DNA of 64,000 bases from a virus (Duplodnaviria > Heunggongvirae > Uroviricota > Caudoviricetes), in the IMG/VR virus record IMGVR_UViG_3300001199_000001, positions 165,404-229,403 of that record; one strand, 5' to 3'. Positions 1 through 9,515 of this stretch are shown piece after piece. The first letter of the stretch is position 1, and every line of letters begins with the position of its first letter. A program made the position numbers and the translations under genes. Under the pieces are notes generated by a model, which had not been told where the DNA came from, did no database searches, and worked only from the letters and a program-made list of their open reading frames with translations.

Positions 1-192
1 AGTATCGGGCGAAGCGGCGAACGTCGAAACTATAGGACTAATGAAATCGTTCAATTCATATGAACTGACCTCTATGCTTCGTTCGCCCTTAAGATATACA
101 TAATGCCTGTCATTATCTAGTTTCTTGGATATCTCTGTTACCCTACTGATTGGGTAATAGGCTCCATGAATATCTTTAAGAAATGCTGTCAT
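1..192 (-). CDS. hypothetical protein, 5' part (runs off window edge)
   Basis: ATG at 192 just after the prkA stop; frame MTAFLKDIHGAYYPIS... open to base 1. Confidence 0.55.
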   Translation of the reverse strand, partial: MTAFLKDIHGAYYPISRVTEISKKLDNDRHYVYLKGERSIEVSSYELNDFISPIVSTFAASPDT

Positions 193-193
193 T

Positions 194-2134
194 TTATCCG
201 GCCTTCCGAGTGCGTTGATACCATTCCACCACGCGCCGGACCTGACGGGGGGTGTAGCCCTTGGCGCACATCCGCTCGACGAAGTCCTTGTGCTTCTGTT
301 CGGTCTCGCGGTCCTGCTTGGCGCCGAACGAGATCACCGGCAGAAGCTCTTCAACGGACGAGAACATCTTCTTCTCGATGACGCGCTTCAGTTTCTCGTA
401 GGCGGTCCACTTGACGATATCGCCTTCACGGGCCTTCTTCCGCAGAACGAAGTTCACGACCTCATGGCGGAAGTCCTTTGGGTTGGCGATACCCGCTGCC
501 TTTTCGATCTTCTCAAGCTCGTTATTGAGGAGTTCGCGGTTGAACAGGTTGCCGGTGTCAGGGTCCTTGAAGTCGATCTCTTGCATCCAGTGATCGGCGT
601 ACTCAAGATAGCGGTCGAACAGGTTCTGGCCGAACTCATCGTACGCCTCAAGGTAGGCCGTCTGAATTTCGTTACCGATGAAGTCGCGGTACTCCGGAAC
701 GAGGCGTTCCTTGATGTAATTCAGGTACTTAAGTTCGATCTCTTTCGGGAACTGCTCGCGGCGGATAGCGTCTTCGAGCACTAACATGATGTGAACCGGG
801 TCCGTGGAGACCTCATCGCTATCGTAGTTGTATGCCTTCGAGAGGATTTTGAAGGCGAAGCGCGTCGAGATGCCCGACATACCTTCATCCATCCCGGCGT
901 CGTCGCGATATTCCTGGACCGATTTGGCGCGGGGATCGGTTTCCTTGATGTTCTCGCCGTCGTAGACGCGCATCTTGGACCACTCATTCGAGTTCGGGTG
1001 ATCCTTGAGGCGGGAGAGAACGCTGAAGCGAGACAGCAGTCGAAGGGTCTCAGGCGCGATAGGAGCCTTCGCAAGGTCCGACGATTGCAGCATCTTTTCG
1101 TAGATGGATTGCTCTTCAGTGACCCGCAGGCAGTACGGAACCTTGACCACGCAGATGCGGTCGATGAAGGCTTCGTTGTTCTTGTTATTCTTGAACGTCT
1201 GCCATTCGGCTTCGTTCGAGTGCGCCAAGATCATGCCATTGAACGGGATAGCCGAGATCGCTTCGGTGCCGACGTAGTTGCCTTCTTGCGTGGCGGTCAG
1301 CAGCGGGTGGAGCACCTTGATCGGCGCCTTGAACATCTCGACAAATTCCATCAGGCCTTGGTTGGCCCGGCAGAGCGCGCCGGAGAAGGCGTAGGCGTCA
1401 GGATCGCTTTGCGAGAAGTGCTCCAGCTTGCGGATGTCGGTCTTGCCGACGAGGCAGGAGATATCTTGGTTATTCTCGTCGCCCGGCTCGGTCTTGGCGA
1501 TGCTGATTTGTTCGAGACGCGAGGGCCAGACCTTGGCGACGCGGAACTTGCGGATGTCGCCGCCGAAGCCCTTGAGGCGCTTGACCGCCCATGGCGACAG
1601 GATCGATGAGAGGTAACGACGCTCGATGCCGTAGCGCTCGCTTAGTTCGGTAGCGAATTTATCGGCAGGGAAGAGGCCGAGCGGGCTTTCGAACACCGGG
1701 CTCATCTCTTCGCCCGCGCATAGGACGTAGATGGGATAGGACTCCATCAATTCCTTCAGGCGTTCAGCGATGGAGGATTTACCGCCGCCAACCGGGCCGA
1801 GCAGATAGAGAATCTGCTTACGCTCTTCGAGGCCCTGCGCCGATTGACGGAAGTAGGCGACGATACGCTCGACGGTATCTTCCATGCCGTAAAAATTGGC
1901 GAAGGTCGGATAGATGCGGAGCGTCTTGTTCAGGTAGATACGCGACAGGCGCGGATCGGTCGAAGTATCGAGCTTAACCGGCTCGCCAATTGCCTTGACC
2001 ATCCGCTCCGGAGCGGAAGCATAAGCCATCGGATCAACTTTGCAGAGGTCTAGGTAATCTCCCAGGTCCATGTATTCGACTTGGGACTTTTCGTAGTTGT
2101 CTCGAAAGAGATCAAACAGCGACGGTGCGGGCAT
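194..2134 (-). CDS. prkA: PrkA/YeaG family AAA+ serine protein kinase-like protein
   Basis: 646 aa; LYLLGPVGGGKSS Walker A, EPGDENNQDIS, ANQGLMEFVEMFKAPIKVLHPLLTATQEGNY typical of YeaG/PrkA. Confidence 0.93.
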   Translation of the reverse strand: MPAPSLFDLFRDNYEKSQVEYMDLGDYLDLCKVDPMAYASAPERMVKAIGEPVKLDTSTDPRLSRIYLNKTLRIYPTFANFYGMEDTVERIVAYFRQSAQGLEERKQILYLLGPVGGGKSSIAERLKELMESYPIYVLCAGEEMSPVFESPLGLFPADKFATELSERYGIERRYLSSILSPWAVKRLKGFGGDIRKFRVAKVWPSRLEQISIAKTEPGDENNQDISCLVGKTDIRKLEHFSQSDPDAYAFSGALCRANQGLMEFVEMFKAPIKVLHPLLTATQEGNYVGTEAISAIPFNGMILAHSNEAEWQTFKNNKNNEAFIDRICVVKVPYCLRVTEEQSIYEKMLQSSDLAKAPIAPETLRLLSRFSVLSRLKDHPNSNEWSKMRVYDGENIKETDPRAKSVQEYRDDAGMDEGMSGISTRFAFKILSKAYNYDSDEVSTDPVHIMLVLEDAIRREQFPKEIELKYLNYIKERLVPEYRDFIGNEIQTAYLEAYDEFGQNLFDRYLEYADHWMQEIDFKDPDTGNLFNRELLNNELEKIEKAAGIANPKDFRHEVVNFVLRKKAREGDIVKWTAYEKLKRVIEKKMFSSVEELLPVISFGAKQDRETEQKHKDFVERMCAKGYTPRQVRRVVEWYQRTRKAG

Positions 2135-2262
2135 CAGCGGGTTACTCCAAGCTACCCCGCCAGACCACCACCTTTCGTGACCCGTGTCAAGAAAACTGAC
2201 ACGGAATGTTCGTGATAATGACCTGCGACCTTTTTACAGGCCGGTTTCGATGACGAAATGTG

Positions 2263-2291
2263 TTGACAACTGACGCTTGTTTCCGTATGGT
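2263..2291 (+). promoter_or_regulatory. sigma70-type promoter of rtcB operon
   Basis: TTGACA-17bp-TATGGT upstream of AAGGA SD and ATG 2320. Confidence 0.7.
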
Positions 2292-2319
2292 CCGGCCTCA
2301 TTCACAGAGAACAAGGACG

Positions 2320-3540
2320 ATGGTACAGGAACTCGACGGTTTATATGGCGGAAAGATTAAGGCGTGGACCGATGGTGTCGCCTTCGAAGATCGTGCGCGC
2401 GAGCAGGCCTCGAATGTCGCCGCCCTGCCGTTCATCTTCAAGTACGTCGCGATCATGCCGGACGTGCACGCCGGGTACGGCGCGACCGTCGGTTCCGTCA
2501 TCCCGACTAAGGATGTCATCATCCCATATGCGGTTGGCGTCGACATCGGCTGCGGGATGACCGCTGTACGTACGTCGCTGACGGCTTCGGACCTGCCAGA
2601 CAATCTCTTTGATATCCGGACGGCTATTGAGCGTGCCGTTCCGCACGGCGGACCGGGCGTGAAGGGTTCGTGGTCTGAAGCCGGTCGCGGCGGCGTACCG
2701 ACGCGAATCGCCAAGACGTGGAATCAGTCAGGTCTTGCCGACGGGTTCAAGAAGCTCGTCGAAAAGACGCCGACGCTCGAACGGGCGGCGACGGTAACGC
2801 AACTTGGCTCGCTCGGCGGCGGCAACCACTTCATCGAGCTTTGCCTTGATGAGGACAACCGTGTCTGGGTGATGTTACACTCAGGCTCGCGTGGCGTCGG
2901 CAATGTGATCGGGACGCAGTTCGTCGCTGAGGCAAAGGAGCTTCTGCTTCGCCGTGGAGTAGTTCCGCGCGACCGTGACCTTGCCTACCTCCTGAAGGGC
3001 GAGGACGCCTTCGACCGCTACGTCGAGGCCGTCGAGTGGGGACAGAACTTCGCTCGCGTGAATCGCGAGATGATGATGATCCGCGTGCTCGAAGCGCTGC
3101 GCAAGACCGGCTTGCCGTCCTTCCAGACGGATAAGGAAGCGGTCTCGTGCCACCACAACTACGTGGCGCGTGAAACGCACTTTGGCGAAGACATCTTCGT
3201 GACCCGTAAAGGTGCGGTGTCGGCTCAACTCGGCGAATTCGGGATTATTCCGGGTTCAATGGGCGCGCGTTCCTTTATCGTTCGCGGTAAGGGTAACATC
3301 GATTCGTTCTGCTCATGCTCCCACGGTGCTGGACGGGTCATGTCACGTGGCGAAGCCAAGCGGTCTATCTCGCTCGAACAGCACATTGCCGACACGGCGG
3401 GCGTCGAGTGCCGTAAGGATGATTCGGTGCGTGACGAATCGCCGAAGGCCTACAAAAACATCGACGACGTGATGGCGGCTCAGGCCGACCTTGTGGATAT
3501 TGTTCACACCCTGAAGCAAGTCGTTTGCGTGAAGGGTTGA
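2320..3540 (+). CDS. rtcB: RtcB family RNA ligase (3'-P/2',3'-cyclic P to 5'-OH)
   Basis: MPDVHAG, VGVDIGCG, GGGNHF, HSGSRG, CHHNY, SCSHGAGR, DESPKAYK motifs; start moved to ATG 2320 (SD AAGGA). Confidence 0.96.
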   Translation: MVQELDGLYGGKIKAWTDGVAFEDRAREQASNVAALPFIFKYVAIMPDVHAGYGATVGSVIPTKDVIIPYAVGVDIGCGMTAVRTSLTASDLPDNLFDIRTAIERAVPHGGPGVKGSWSEAGRGGVPTRIAKTWNQSGLADGFKKLVEKTPTLERAATVTQLGSLGGGNHFIELCLDEDNRVWVMLHSGSRGVGNVIGTQFVAEAKELLLRRGVVPRDRDLAYLLKGEDAFDRYVEAVEWGQNFARVNREMMMIRVLEALRKTGLPSFQTDKEAVSCHHNYVARETHFGEDIFVTRKGAVSAQLGEFGIIPGSMGARSFIVRGKGNIDSFCSCSHGAGRVMSRGEAKRSISLEQHIADTAGVECRKDDSVRDESPKAYKNIDDVMAAQADLVDIVHTLKQVVCVKG

Positions 3541-3541
3541 C

Positions 3542-3760
3542 GTGTCGTCCTGTCTCCTGAAAGCGCCGAGGTTCTTTTCCAAAGAGGACGGGATATCCTA
3601 TTTCAAGTGGATATCCCGTCTTCCCGGTTTCAGGGACTTGAAGATCGCTGGAAAGCATGTCTGGGTCGACTTCGAGGGAGCCATCCCGCCGGAGGCTAAA
3701 AAGGAAATCGAGGCCCTAGAGCGTCGCTATCTGATGTCGTCGCTAGAGGATTATGCATGA
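3542..3760 (+). CDS. hypothetical protein
   Basis: 72 aa ORF tightly packed in the rtcB operon. Confidence 0.55.
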   Translation: MSSCLLKAPRFFSKEDGISYFKWISRLPGFRDLKIAGKHVWVDFEGAIPPEAKKEIEALERRYLMSSLEDYA

Positions 3761-4134
3761 GCTACCGAAAAATCACCGTAGACGGCAAAACCTACGAATA
3801 CGTCGTCGGGCGTACTCATCTCAAAATCAAAGGGTTCGGCCTGTTCGCGACCGCCGAGATCGGGAATCCCGTCCGGAAGGGCCGAAAGGCTCCAGGGATA
3901 GACGCTTGGGGAAGGCGTAACCGTGGCGATGCCTATGAAGCATTCGTAATTACGCCTGAGGTTGTTCGTCGTGTGATCAAAGGAGAATCCCTGCCTTTGG
4001 TCTTCCATTGCGAGCGGCATGGTGTCAGCACCTCCCGCCTAACTACTGATCCCTTCTCAGCCGAAATCTACGGTAAATACCCGACGATGGTGGACTGCGG
4101 AGAATGCGTCCAGAACCGTGCGTGGGAAATCTGA
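3757..4134 (+). CDS. hypothetical phage protein
   Basis: 125 aa; GAGGA SD, ATGA overlap; C-terminal CxxH/CxxC. Confidence 0.7.
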   Translation: MSYRKITVDGKTYEYVVGRTHLKIKGFGLFATAEIGNPVRKGRKAPGIDAWGRRNRGDAYEAFVITPEVVRRVIKGESLPLVFHCERHGVSTSRLTTDPFSAEIYGKYPTMVDCGECVQNRAWEI

Positions 4135-4584
4135 ATGAATATCGCTATAACTGGGGAACCCATGCTCTGGACGGACGAACGCGTCGAGACACTTATGGCC
4201 ATGCGCGCCAAAAGGATATCATCCGGCAAGATCGCGCTCGAACTCGGCGTCACCCGTAGCGCCGTAATGGGCAAGCTGAACCGCATACGGGCCGCTGAAA
4301 AAGCTGCCTTGGAGCCGCAGAAGATGCTTGTCAAACCGTTGCCCACGCCGGTCAAGATGGGGCCATCCGCGCCGCGTAGCTTTGGAGCCGTTGAGCCGCG
4401 CGGTGCGGCTACCGTCATGACCCTGAATCATACGACCTGCAAATGGCCCATCGGCGATCCTCAGAGTGATGATTTCACCTTCTGCGGCAAGCGCCCTGAC
4501 AAGGGCGTATACTGCCCTGCTCACGCGAAGATCGCCTACAACCCTCCGCCGCGTCGAACGTCTAGAGCCACGGTAAATGCCTAA
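4135..4584 (+). CDS. gcrA: GcrA family cell-cycle regulator
   Basis: WTDERVETL..SSGKIALELGVTRSAVMGKLNR N-terminal domain; CKWPIGDP..FTFCG..YCPAHAKIAY C-terminal domain. Confidence 0.93.
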   Translation: MNIAITGEPMLWTDERVETLMAMRAKRISSGKIALELGVTRSAVMGKLNRIRAAEKAALEPQKMLVKPLPTPVKMGPSAPRSFGAVEPRGAATVMTLNHTTCKWPIGDPQSDDFTFCGKRPDKGVYCPAHAKIAYNPPPRRTSRATVNA

Positions 4585-4777
4585 ACCGAAGGTTACGCCT
4601 TTAGAGCCGATCATCTTGCCGAAGAAGCTTTGTCGTGCGTGTGGTAAAGGTCTCCTTAACGCTACCTTTGCTGGACTAGGATGGACGTGCTTGGCGGATG
4701 GCTGCACAGGCGGCACGCGTCAGGACCCCGCGCTTGAAGCGCCGAAGAAACGACGATCCCGGCAGGTCGAGCTATGA
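4577..4777 (+). CDS. small Cys-rich hypothetical protein
   Basis: CxxC...C...C; overlaps neighbours in operon. Confidence 0.55.
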   Translation: MPKPKVTPLEPIILPKKLCRACGKGLLNATFAGLGWTCLADGCTGGTRQDPALEAPKKRRSRQVEL

Positions 4778-5034
4778 GGCCCGCGCCGATCATCGACAAG
4801 ACGAAGTGGTACGTTCATGTCAACCAAGGGATCATCCGATCCAACTTCAGTAAAGGTACTGACGAGCCCGTTTTTCGCTACCAGAAGGGCGGCTACGGCA
4901 AACCTGTTTACGCACATGAACTACGCTTTGCGGGGGGTAGAACCATCGTCTCACGTAACGGCCTTCCACTCCTGCCTTGCGGAGCCCGCGTTATAATCGA
5001 ATGTGATATCGAACCTGAGATTATCGAGCCATGA
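4774..5034 (+). CDS. hypothetical phage protein
   Basis: VHVNQ..IR.N and LLPCGARVIIE pattern; ATGA coupling. Confidence 0.7.
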   Translation: MRPAPIIDKTKWYVHVNQGIIRSNFSKGTDEPVFRYQKGGYGKPVYAHELRFAGGRTIVSRNGLPLLPCGARVIIECDIEPEIIEP

Positions 5035-5231
5035 AGAAGCTTTGGTTCCTCGATATTTACCAGAGCAGCGATGTCGATGGCTGCCAATGCCCCACGTGTG
5101 GCCCAACAATCTGGGTAGTCGACGGCCATGACGACGCCCGATGGCTGCTCTGCTGTGGAACCGCCTGCACCGCCACGGCTCCTATCCCCCAAGGCTTTAC
5201 CGTAGTTGGCGACTATCAAAAGTATGACTGA
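5031..5231 (+). CDS. small Cys-rich hypothetical protein
   Basis: 66 aa, CQCPTCG and CCG; ATGA coupling. Confidence 0.55.
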   Translation: MKKLWFLDIYQSSDVDGCQCPTCGPTIWVVDGHDDARWLLCCGTACTATAPIPQGFTVVGDYQKYD

Positions 5232-5526
5232 GAAACTAGCCCACAATGACATCGTGTACGTGACGGATCACGATGATGATTGGTCGCCATATGGACGTGT
5301 CTGGCGACGAGTTGATGGCGATAGCGTCGAGGTGATTTTTACGGACGGCGTGGTAGTTACCCTGAATGACAATCAGTTGACCCGTGAACCGAACTATCGA
5401 GGCTGCTGGATTTCTTACGGGGCGGAACGACTGGACGCCGAGGGTAACGACATCCGTCCGCAGAAGTGGTCGGCTATGCCAAACCTACGGCATTTGAAGC
5501 AGAAGGCGGGATTGTTGCGGAAATGA
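5224..5526 (+). CDS. hypothetical protein
   Basis: ORF coupled to neighbours; start placed at ATG 5224. Confidence 0.6.
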   Translation: MTEKLAHNDIVYVTDHDDDWSPYGRVWRRVDGDSVEVIFTDGVVVTLNDNQLTREPNYRGCWISYGAERLDAEGNDIRPQKWSAMPNLRHLKQKAGLLRK

Positions 5527-5732
5527 CCCGATCACCCCTATGCCCAATGGATGAATGGGTACTCGTCTGGGACTCTCTCGGATGTTATTGGCAATCCCGT
5601 CACTACCTCATATCGGGACCATATACGACGGAGCGCGAGGCCAGGGAATGGCTTAAAAGCGAGGACGCTCTAGGCCTAACAAACGCCGATCCCTACCTTA
5701 TCACCATAGACAGAGATCGCCTGCGCTGGTAG
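5523..5732 (+). CDS. hypothetical protein
   Basis: ATGA coupling at 5523. Confidence 0.5.
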   Translation: MTRSPLCPMDEWVLVWDSLGCYWQSRHYLISGPYTTEREAREWLKSEDALGLTNADPYLITIDRDRLRW

Positions 5733-5748
5733 CCATACGCCGTTAAAT

Positions 5749-5775
5749 CCGTGGGAGAGGCTGCTCGCACCACGG
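5749..5775 (+). promoter_or_regulatory. uL1-binding autoregulatory leader hairpin of rplK-rplA
   Basis: CCGTGG-GAG...GCA-CCACGG stem with GGGAG internal loop just before AGGAG SD of rplK, as in bacterial L11 operon leaders. Confidence 0.75.
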
Positions 5776-5791
5776 CCATCAGGAGACAGAC

Positions 5792-6223
5792 ATGGCCAAG
5801 AAAATCTTGGGCTACATCAAGCTACAGGTGAAGGCTGGGTCGGCGACGCCCTCGCCTCCTATCGGCCCGGCGCTGGGCCAACGCGGCGTTAACATCATGG
5901 GCTTCTGTAAGGAGTTCAACGCCCGCACCGAAAAGGAAGTCAAAGGCACGCCCCTGCCTACCGTCATTACGGTCTATCAGGACAAGTCCTTCACCTTCAT
6001 CACCAAGACGCCGCCCGCGACCCACTATCTGAAGGAAGCCGCCAAGCTACAATCCGGTTCGAAAGAGCCCGGTCGCGTAGTTGCTGGTTCCGTCACCCGA
6101 ACTCAATTGCGCGAGATCGCCGAAAAGAAAATGAAAGACCTCAACGCCCACGACATCGAAGCCGCAGCGCGTATCATTGAAGGCTCGGCTCGTGCGATGG
6201 GCCTCAAAGTGGTGGAGCGTTAA
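5792..6223 (+). CDS. rplK: 50S ribosomal protein uL11
   Basis: [48 protein letters not shown]; full length 143 aa. Confidence 0.98.
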   Translation: MAKKILGYIKLQVKAGSATPSPPIGPALGQRGVNIMGFCKEFNARTEKEVKGTPLPTVITVYQDKSFTFITKTPPATHYLKEAAKLQSGSKEPGRVVAGSVTRTQLREIAEKKMKDLNAHDIEAAARIIEGSARAMGLKVVER

Positions 6224-6225
6224 TC

Positions 6226-6903
6226 ATGCGCAAGCCATCAAAACGCTTTACCGCGCGGACCGGAGACCGAGCCGTTAATCACCCTCTCGAAGAGGCCATC
6301 CGGCTTGTGAAGGCGAACGCTACGGCTAAGTTCGATGAGACCGTTGAAATTTCCGTCAACCTGGGCGTCGATCCACGCCACGCCGATCAACAGGTGCGTG
6401 GTGTCGTTAGCCTACCGTCCGGTACTGGGCGCACGGTTCGTGTGGCGGTGATCGCCAAGGACGCCAAGGCGCAAGAAGCGGTCGATGCAGGTGCGGATAT
6501 TGTCGGCGCTGAAGACCTCGTCGAGCGTATTCAAGGCGGGTTTCTGGCTTTCGACCGCGTCATCGCGTCGCCGGACATGATGGCGCTCGTCGGTCGGCTC
6601 GGTAAGGTGCTGGGTCCACGTGGTCTGATGCCCAATCCGCGTGTCGGAACCGTCACGCAAAACGTCGGTCAGGCCGTCAAGGACGCTAAAGGCGGGGCGA
6701 TAGAATTTCGCACCGACAAGGCCGGAATCATTCACGCAGGAATTGGTAAGACGAGCTTTACCGACGATGCTCTGAAAGCCAACGCAGTCGCCATGATAGA
6801 CGCGCTGAACAAAGCCAAGCCCACGGGGGCTAAGGGGACCTACATGCAGCGAGTCAGTCTCTCATCAACTATGGGGCCGGGCTTCAAGGTTGATTTAGCG
6901 TAG
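6226..6903 (+). CDS. rplA: 50S ribosomal protein uL1
   Basis: [40 protein letters not shown]; 225 aa. Confidence 0.98.
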   Translation: MRKPSKRFTARTGDRAVNHPLEEAIRLVKANATAKFDETVEISVNLGVDPRHADQQVRGVVSLPSGTGRTVRVAVIAKDAKAQEAVDAGADIVGAEDLVERIQGGFLAFDRVIASPDMMALVGRLGKVLGPRGLMPNPRVGTVTQNVGQAVKDAKGGAIEFRTDKAGIIHAGIGKTSFTDDALKANAVAMIDALNKAKPTGAKGTYMQRVSLSSTMGPGFKVDLA

Positions 6904-6914
6904 CGGGCGAGGAC

Positions 6915-7136
6915 ATGATGACCAAAAATCCCAGAGGGTTCGCCGCCATGGACCCAGAGCGTCACCGCGAGCTTGCCTCCATGGGCGGGCGGGCTCAAGA
7001 TATCCGACTGCGCAGTTTCAGTAAATCCAGTGAAGTTGCTGCGGCTGCTGGACGTAACGGCGGCAAGAAACGTGCTGAGAATGCGGCGGCTCGCAAGGTG
7101 GCTGAGTTGGCTGCCAAGCAGGACGAGACGAACTGA
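6915..7136 (+). CDS. KGG-repeat general stress protein (YciG/GsiB-like)
   Basis: RGFAAMDPERHRELASMGGRA and AAAAGRNGG repeats. Confidence 0.85.
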   Translation: MMTKNPRGFAAMDPERHRELASMGGRAQDIRLRSFSKSSEVAAAAGRNGGKKRAENAAARKVAELAAKQDETN

Positions 7137-7144
7137 TTATTGCG

Positions 7145-7483
7145 CTACCGCAGGTCCGCGTCCCCCGACGGGGGAGAAGGGGGTAAGCGCTCTTCGACCC
7201 AACAGACGAAAAGCTCGGCTCGGCCGATCATCAATGCGGCTAGGTATTCATGCCGCCCGTCGATAATTACAAAGCGGTCTCCTCGCCATTCTCCCACGGC
7301 AGGAGGCCAAGCTGAGTCTGGTCCGAGGTTAAGAAAGCGTCGATATTTCTCGATCACCGCTTCAGGCGACATTGGTACCCTGCATCCCAGGATGCACGCG
7401 TTTATGTCCACCCAATCAGAACGAACGATCTGATGTGGAGCCACCCTGATGGCGCGGTCTTCAGCGATGCGTACAGGATTCAC
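7145..7483 (-). CDS. ParB/sulfiredoxin-like N-terminal domain protein
   Basis: PP.V...FVIIDGRHEYLAA motif. Confidence 0.6.
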   Translation of the reverse strand: MNPVRIAEDRAIRVAPHQIVRSDWVDINACILGCRVPMSPEAVIEKYRRFLNLGPDSAWPPAVGEWRGDRFVIIDGRHEYLAALMIGRAELFVCWVEERLPPSPPSGDADLR

Positions 7484-7492
7484 GGCAGCCCC

Positions 7493-9295
7493 TCAGGTGT
7501 CCAGAACTTCGGCGATGGTCTCTTCTTTAAGATAAGATGACTGGGCGATCCGAGAGTCTAAGCTCCCGTTCGCCACCAGATAGTTGACGAAAATCTTTTC
7601 GAACTTCGAGCCGATCCGACAAGCTCGGTCCTCGCACTGCGACAGCTTGGCCGGGACCCAGTCGATCTCCACAAAGCACACGTCAGAGGCTTTAGTCAGC
7701 GTCAGGCCAACCCCGGCGGCGTCTATGTTGCCGATAAAGACACGGCAGGTTTCATCTTCTTGAAATTGGTCGACCTGTAGCTGGCGCTTCTTGACGGGGG
7801 TCTTGCCGTAAATCACCGCTGGATTGTAGTCGGCGAGAGCTTCCCGCAGCGCCTCAACGACGGCGCTATGATAGGCGAAGACGAGGAGCTTGTTACCGCC
7901 GTCCAGTACGGTCTTGATCCACGGTACGGCTCCGGACAGCTTGGCTAGGCCGAGTTCCCGCCTGACGTGCGCGAGTTCTTCAAAAAGAATCGCCACCGCT
8001 GGCGGCTCCAGCCCAAGGACGGCCGACGCGTATTCAAGATTGACTCGGCGCGACCACGTACCGTTTTCGTCGTAATCCGCCTCAGACATACCGAAGTCAG
8101 CCATCTTGTCGACGATCTGCTCGCCGCCGACATCAGCGATAGCGAGCTTTTCGTAGAGCTTCAGCGCGTCGGCGAGTTCCGACTCGCGGGCGACCAGTTC
8201 ACGAAGCTCCGGCGTGTCTAGGACGATCACGCCTCGCAGTTTCTGCGGTAGGTCCGGTAGCACGTTCTTCTTGAGGCGCCGGACCATGAAGCGCTCACGC
8301 ATGATCGTGCCAAGTTCTTTTTTGTTTGAAGCACCCGACACATCCAGGCGCCCGAAATAGTCGTAGTGAGCTTCGCAGTACCGTTCCGTGAACTGGGTAT
8401 AGCTCTTGCCCAACCCGTTGCCGTCCAGGGCGTGTACGAGAGGCCAGAGTTCAACAGGTCTGTTTAGAATAGGCGTACCAGTCAAGAACAGGCGTTTTTT
8501 GGCGTCAATCGGGTAGTATTTCGTGACTTCTTTGGTTTTTCCCTTCCCCTTTTCATGCTTACCGCCGAGGATGAGGATTGTCCGCAGGCTCTCCTTTGTC
8601 TTAAGAGCGTGACTTTCATCGACAACCAGTAAGTCCCAGTGGACCTCTTTGATCTGATCCAGGAATCTCGAAATAATATCGTAGTTTATAATGACTACAT
8701 CGGTTTCGGGCCAGAATTCCTTGGTGATTTCCGTCTTGTATTTGGCTTTACCATTCTTGTAGAAACCGTCCGCGACCTTCTGCTTATTTTGGGTTTCAGC
8801 GATCCCGACAGTCACGTCCTTAGTCTTCCAACGCTCGACCTCCCGGCGCCAGTTCTCTTTTAGAGACGCAGGAGCGATGACTAACACGCGAGGGCGTAGC
8901 ACCTTGAGGCAGTTCATCACGCCGACTGATGTCGGGCTTTTCCCGAGGCCGGGCTGATCGGCTATCAACGTGTCCTTGCGGAACATCGCATATTCGATCC
9001 CGGCTTTTTGAAATGCGAAGAACTCCAGGCCCGGTGGCGAGGGCGGATTGAACTCTGTTTCCTCAGCGTAGGATAGCTCTAGAGAGGCGTTATTGGCCCT
9101 ATCGATCTGATCCAACAAGGCGACAGCGGCTGGCATCCAGCGGACGCCCTTGATGCTGTAGGCGGCATCCGCGTCTTTCGTTACCCATGCCTTGTAGCGC
9201 GGATTCCACGTGAACCCCGCGTTCTGGAATAGCGTGCGTTCGTCGAACGAGCCAATCCCAAGGAAGAGGTTGTCTAAGGAATCAATGCGCGCCAA
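7493..9295 (-). CDS. SNF2/SMARCAL1-like helicase
   Basis: ADQPGLGKS, DESH, LTGTPILNRP, GVGLTLT, QCEDRACRIG. Confidence 0.92.
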   Translation of the reverse strand: MARIDSLDNLFLGIGSFDERTLFQNAGFTWNPRYKAWVTKDADAAYSIKGVRWMPAAVALLDQIDRANNASLELSYAEETEFNPPSPPGLEFFAFQKAGIEYAMFRKDTLIADQPGLGKSPTSVGVMNCLKVLRPRVLVIAPASLKENWRREVERWKTKDVTVGIAETQNKQKVADGFYKNGKAKYKTEITKEFWPETDVVIINYDIISRFLDQIKEVHWDLLVVDESHALKTKESLRTILILGGKHEKGKGKTKEVTKYYPIDAKKRLFLTGTPILNRPVELWPLVHALDGNGLGKSYTQFTERYCEAHYDYFGRLDVSGASNKKELGTIMRERFMVRRLKKNVLPDLPQKLRGVIVLDTPELRELVARESELADALKLYEKLAIADVGGEQIVDKMADFGMSEADYDENGTWSRRVNLEYASAVLGLEPPAVAILFEELAHVRRELGLAKLSGAVPWIKTVLDGGNKLLVFAYHSAVVEALREALADYNPAVIYGKTPVKKRQLQVDQFQEDETCRVFIGNIDAAGVGLTLTKASDVCFVEIDWVPAKLSQCEDRACRIGSKFEKIFVNYLVANGSLDSRIAQSSYLKEETIAEVLDT

Positions 9296-9296
9296 G

Positions 9297-9515
9297 TCAG
9301 GACCGGATCAACTCATGCACCGGCAGGATGAAGAAGCGCATCAAGGCGTCATCGACGGTTGCCTGCGCACGCCCGCGCCAAGCCACCTTGGCGCTGGTCT
9401 CACAACCATAGACGCCAACGACCTCGATCTGTGAGGGATCGCGAAAAGCGGTCGACTGTGGATCAGTCAACCGCCCGCCGATCACAACATAAAGTGACTG
9501 GCTAGTTCCAGTCAT
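9297..9515 (-). CDS. DUF4170-like alphaproteobacterial small protein
   Basis: LYVVIGGRL...VG.Y...A..AWRGRAQATVDDALMRFFI; start moved to ATG 9515. Confidence 0.75.
   Translation of the reverse strand: MTGTSQSLYVVIGGRLTDPQSTAFRDPSQIEVVGVYGCETSAKVAWRGRAQATVDDALMRFFILPVHELIRS

Noticed and set aside
215-1609. Long plus-strand ORFs antisense to prkA (also those antisense to pncB and to the SBP-OmpA gene)
   Set aside because: Shadow ORFs caused by GC-rich codon bias on the coding strand
5792-6903. Interpreting the window as a bacterial chromosome because of rplK-rplA, nad genes and the ABC transporter
   Set aside because: No nusG/rplJ/rpoB synteny; flanks are phage-type small ORFs, primase, recombinase and repeated early promoters
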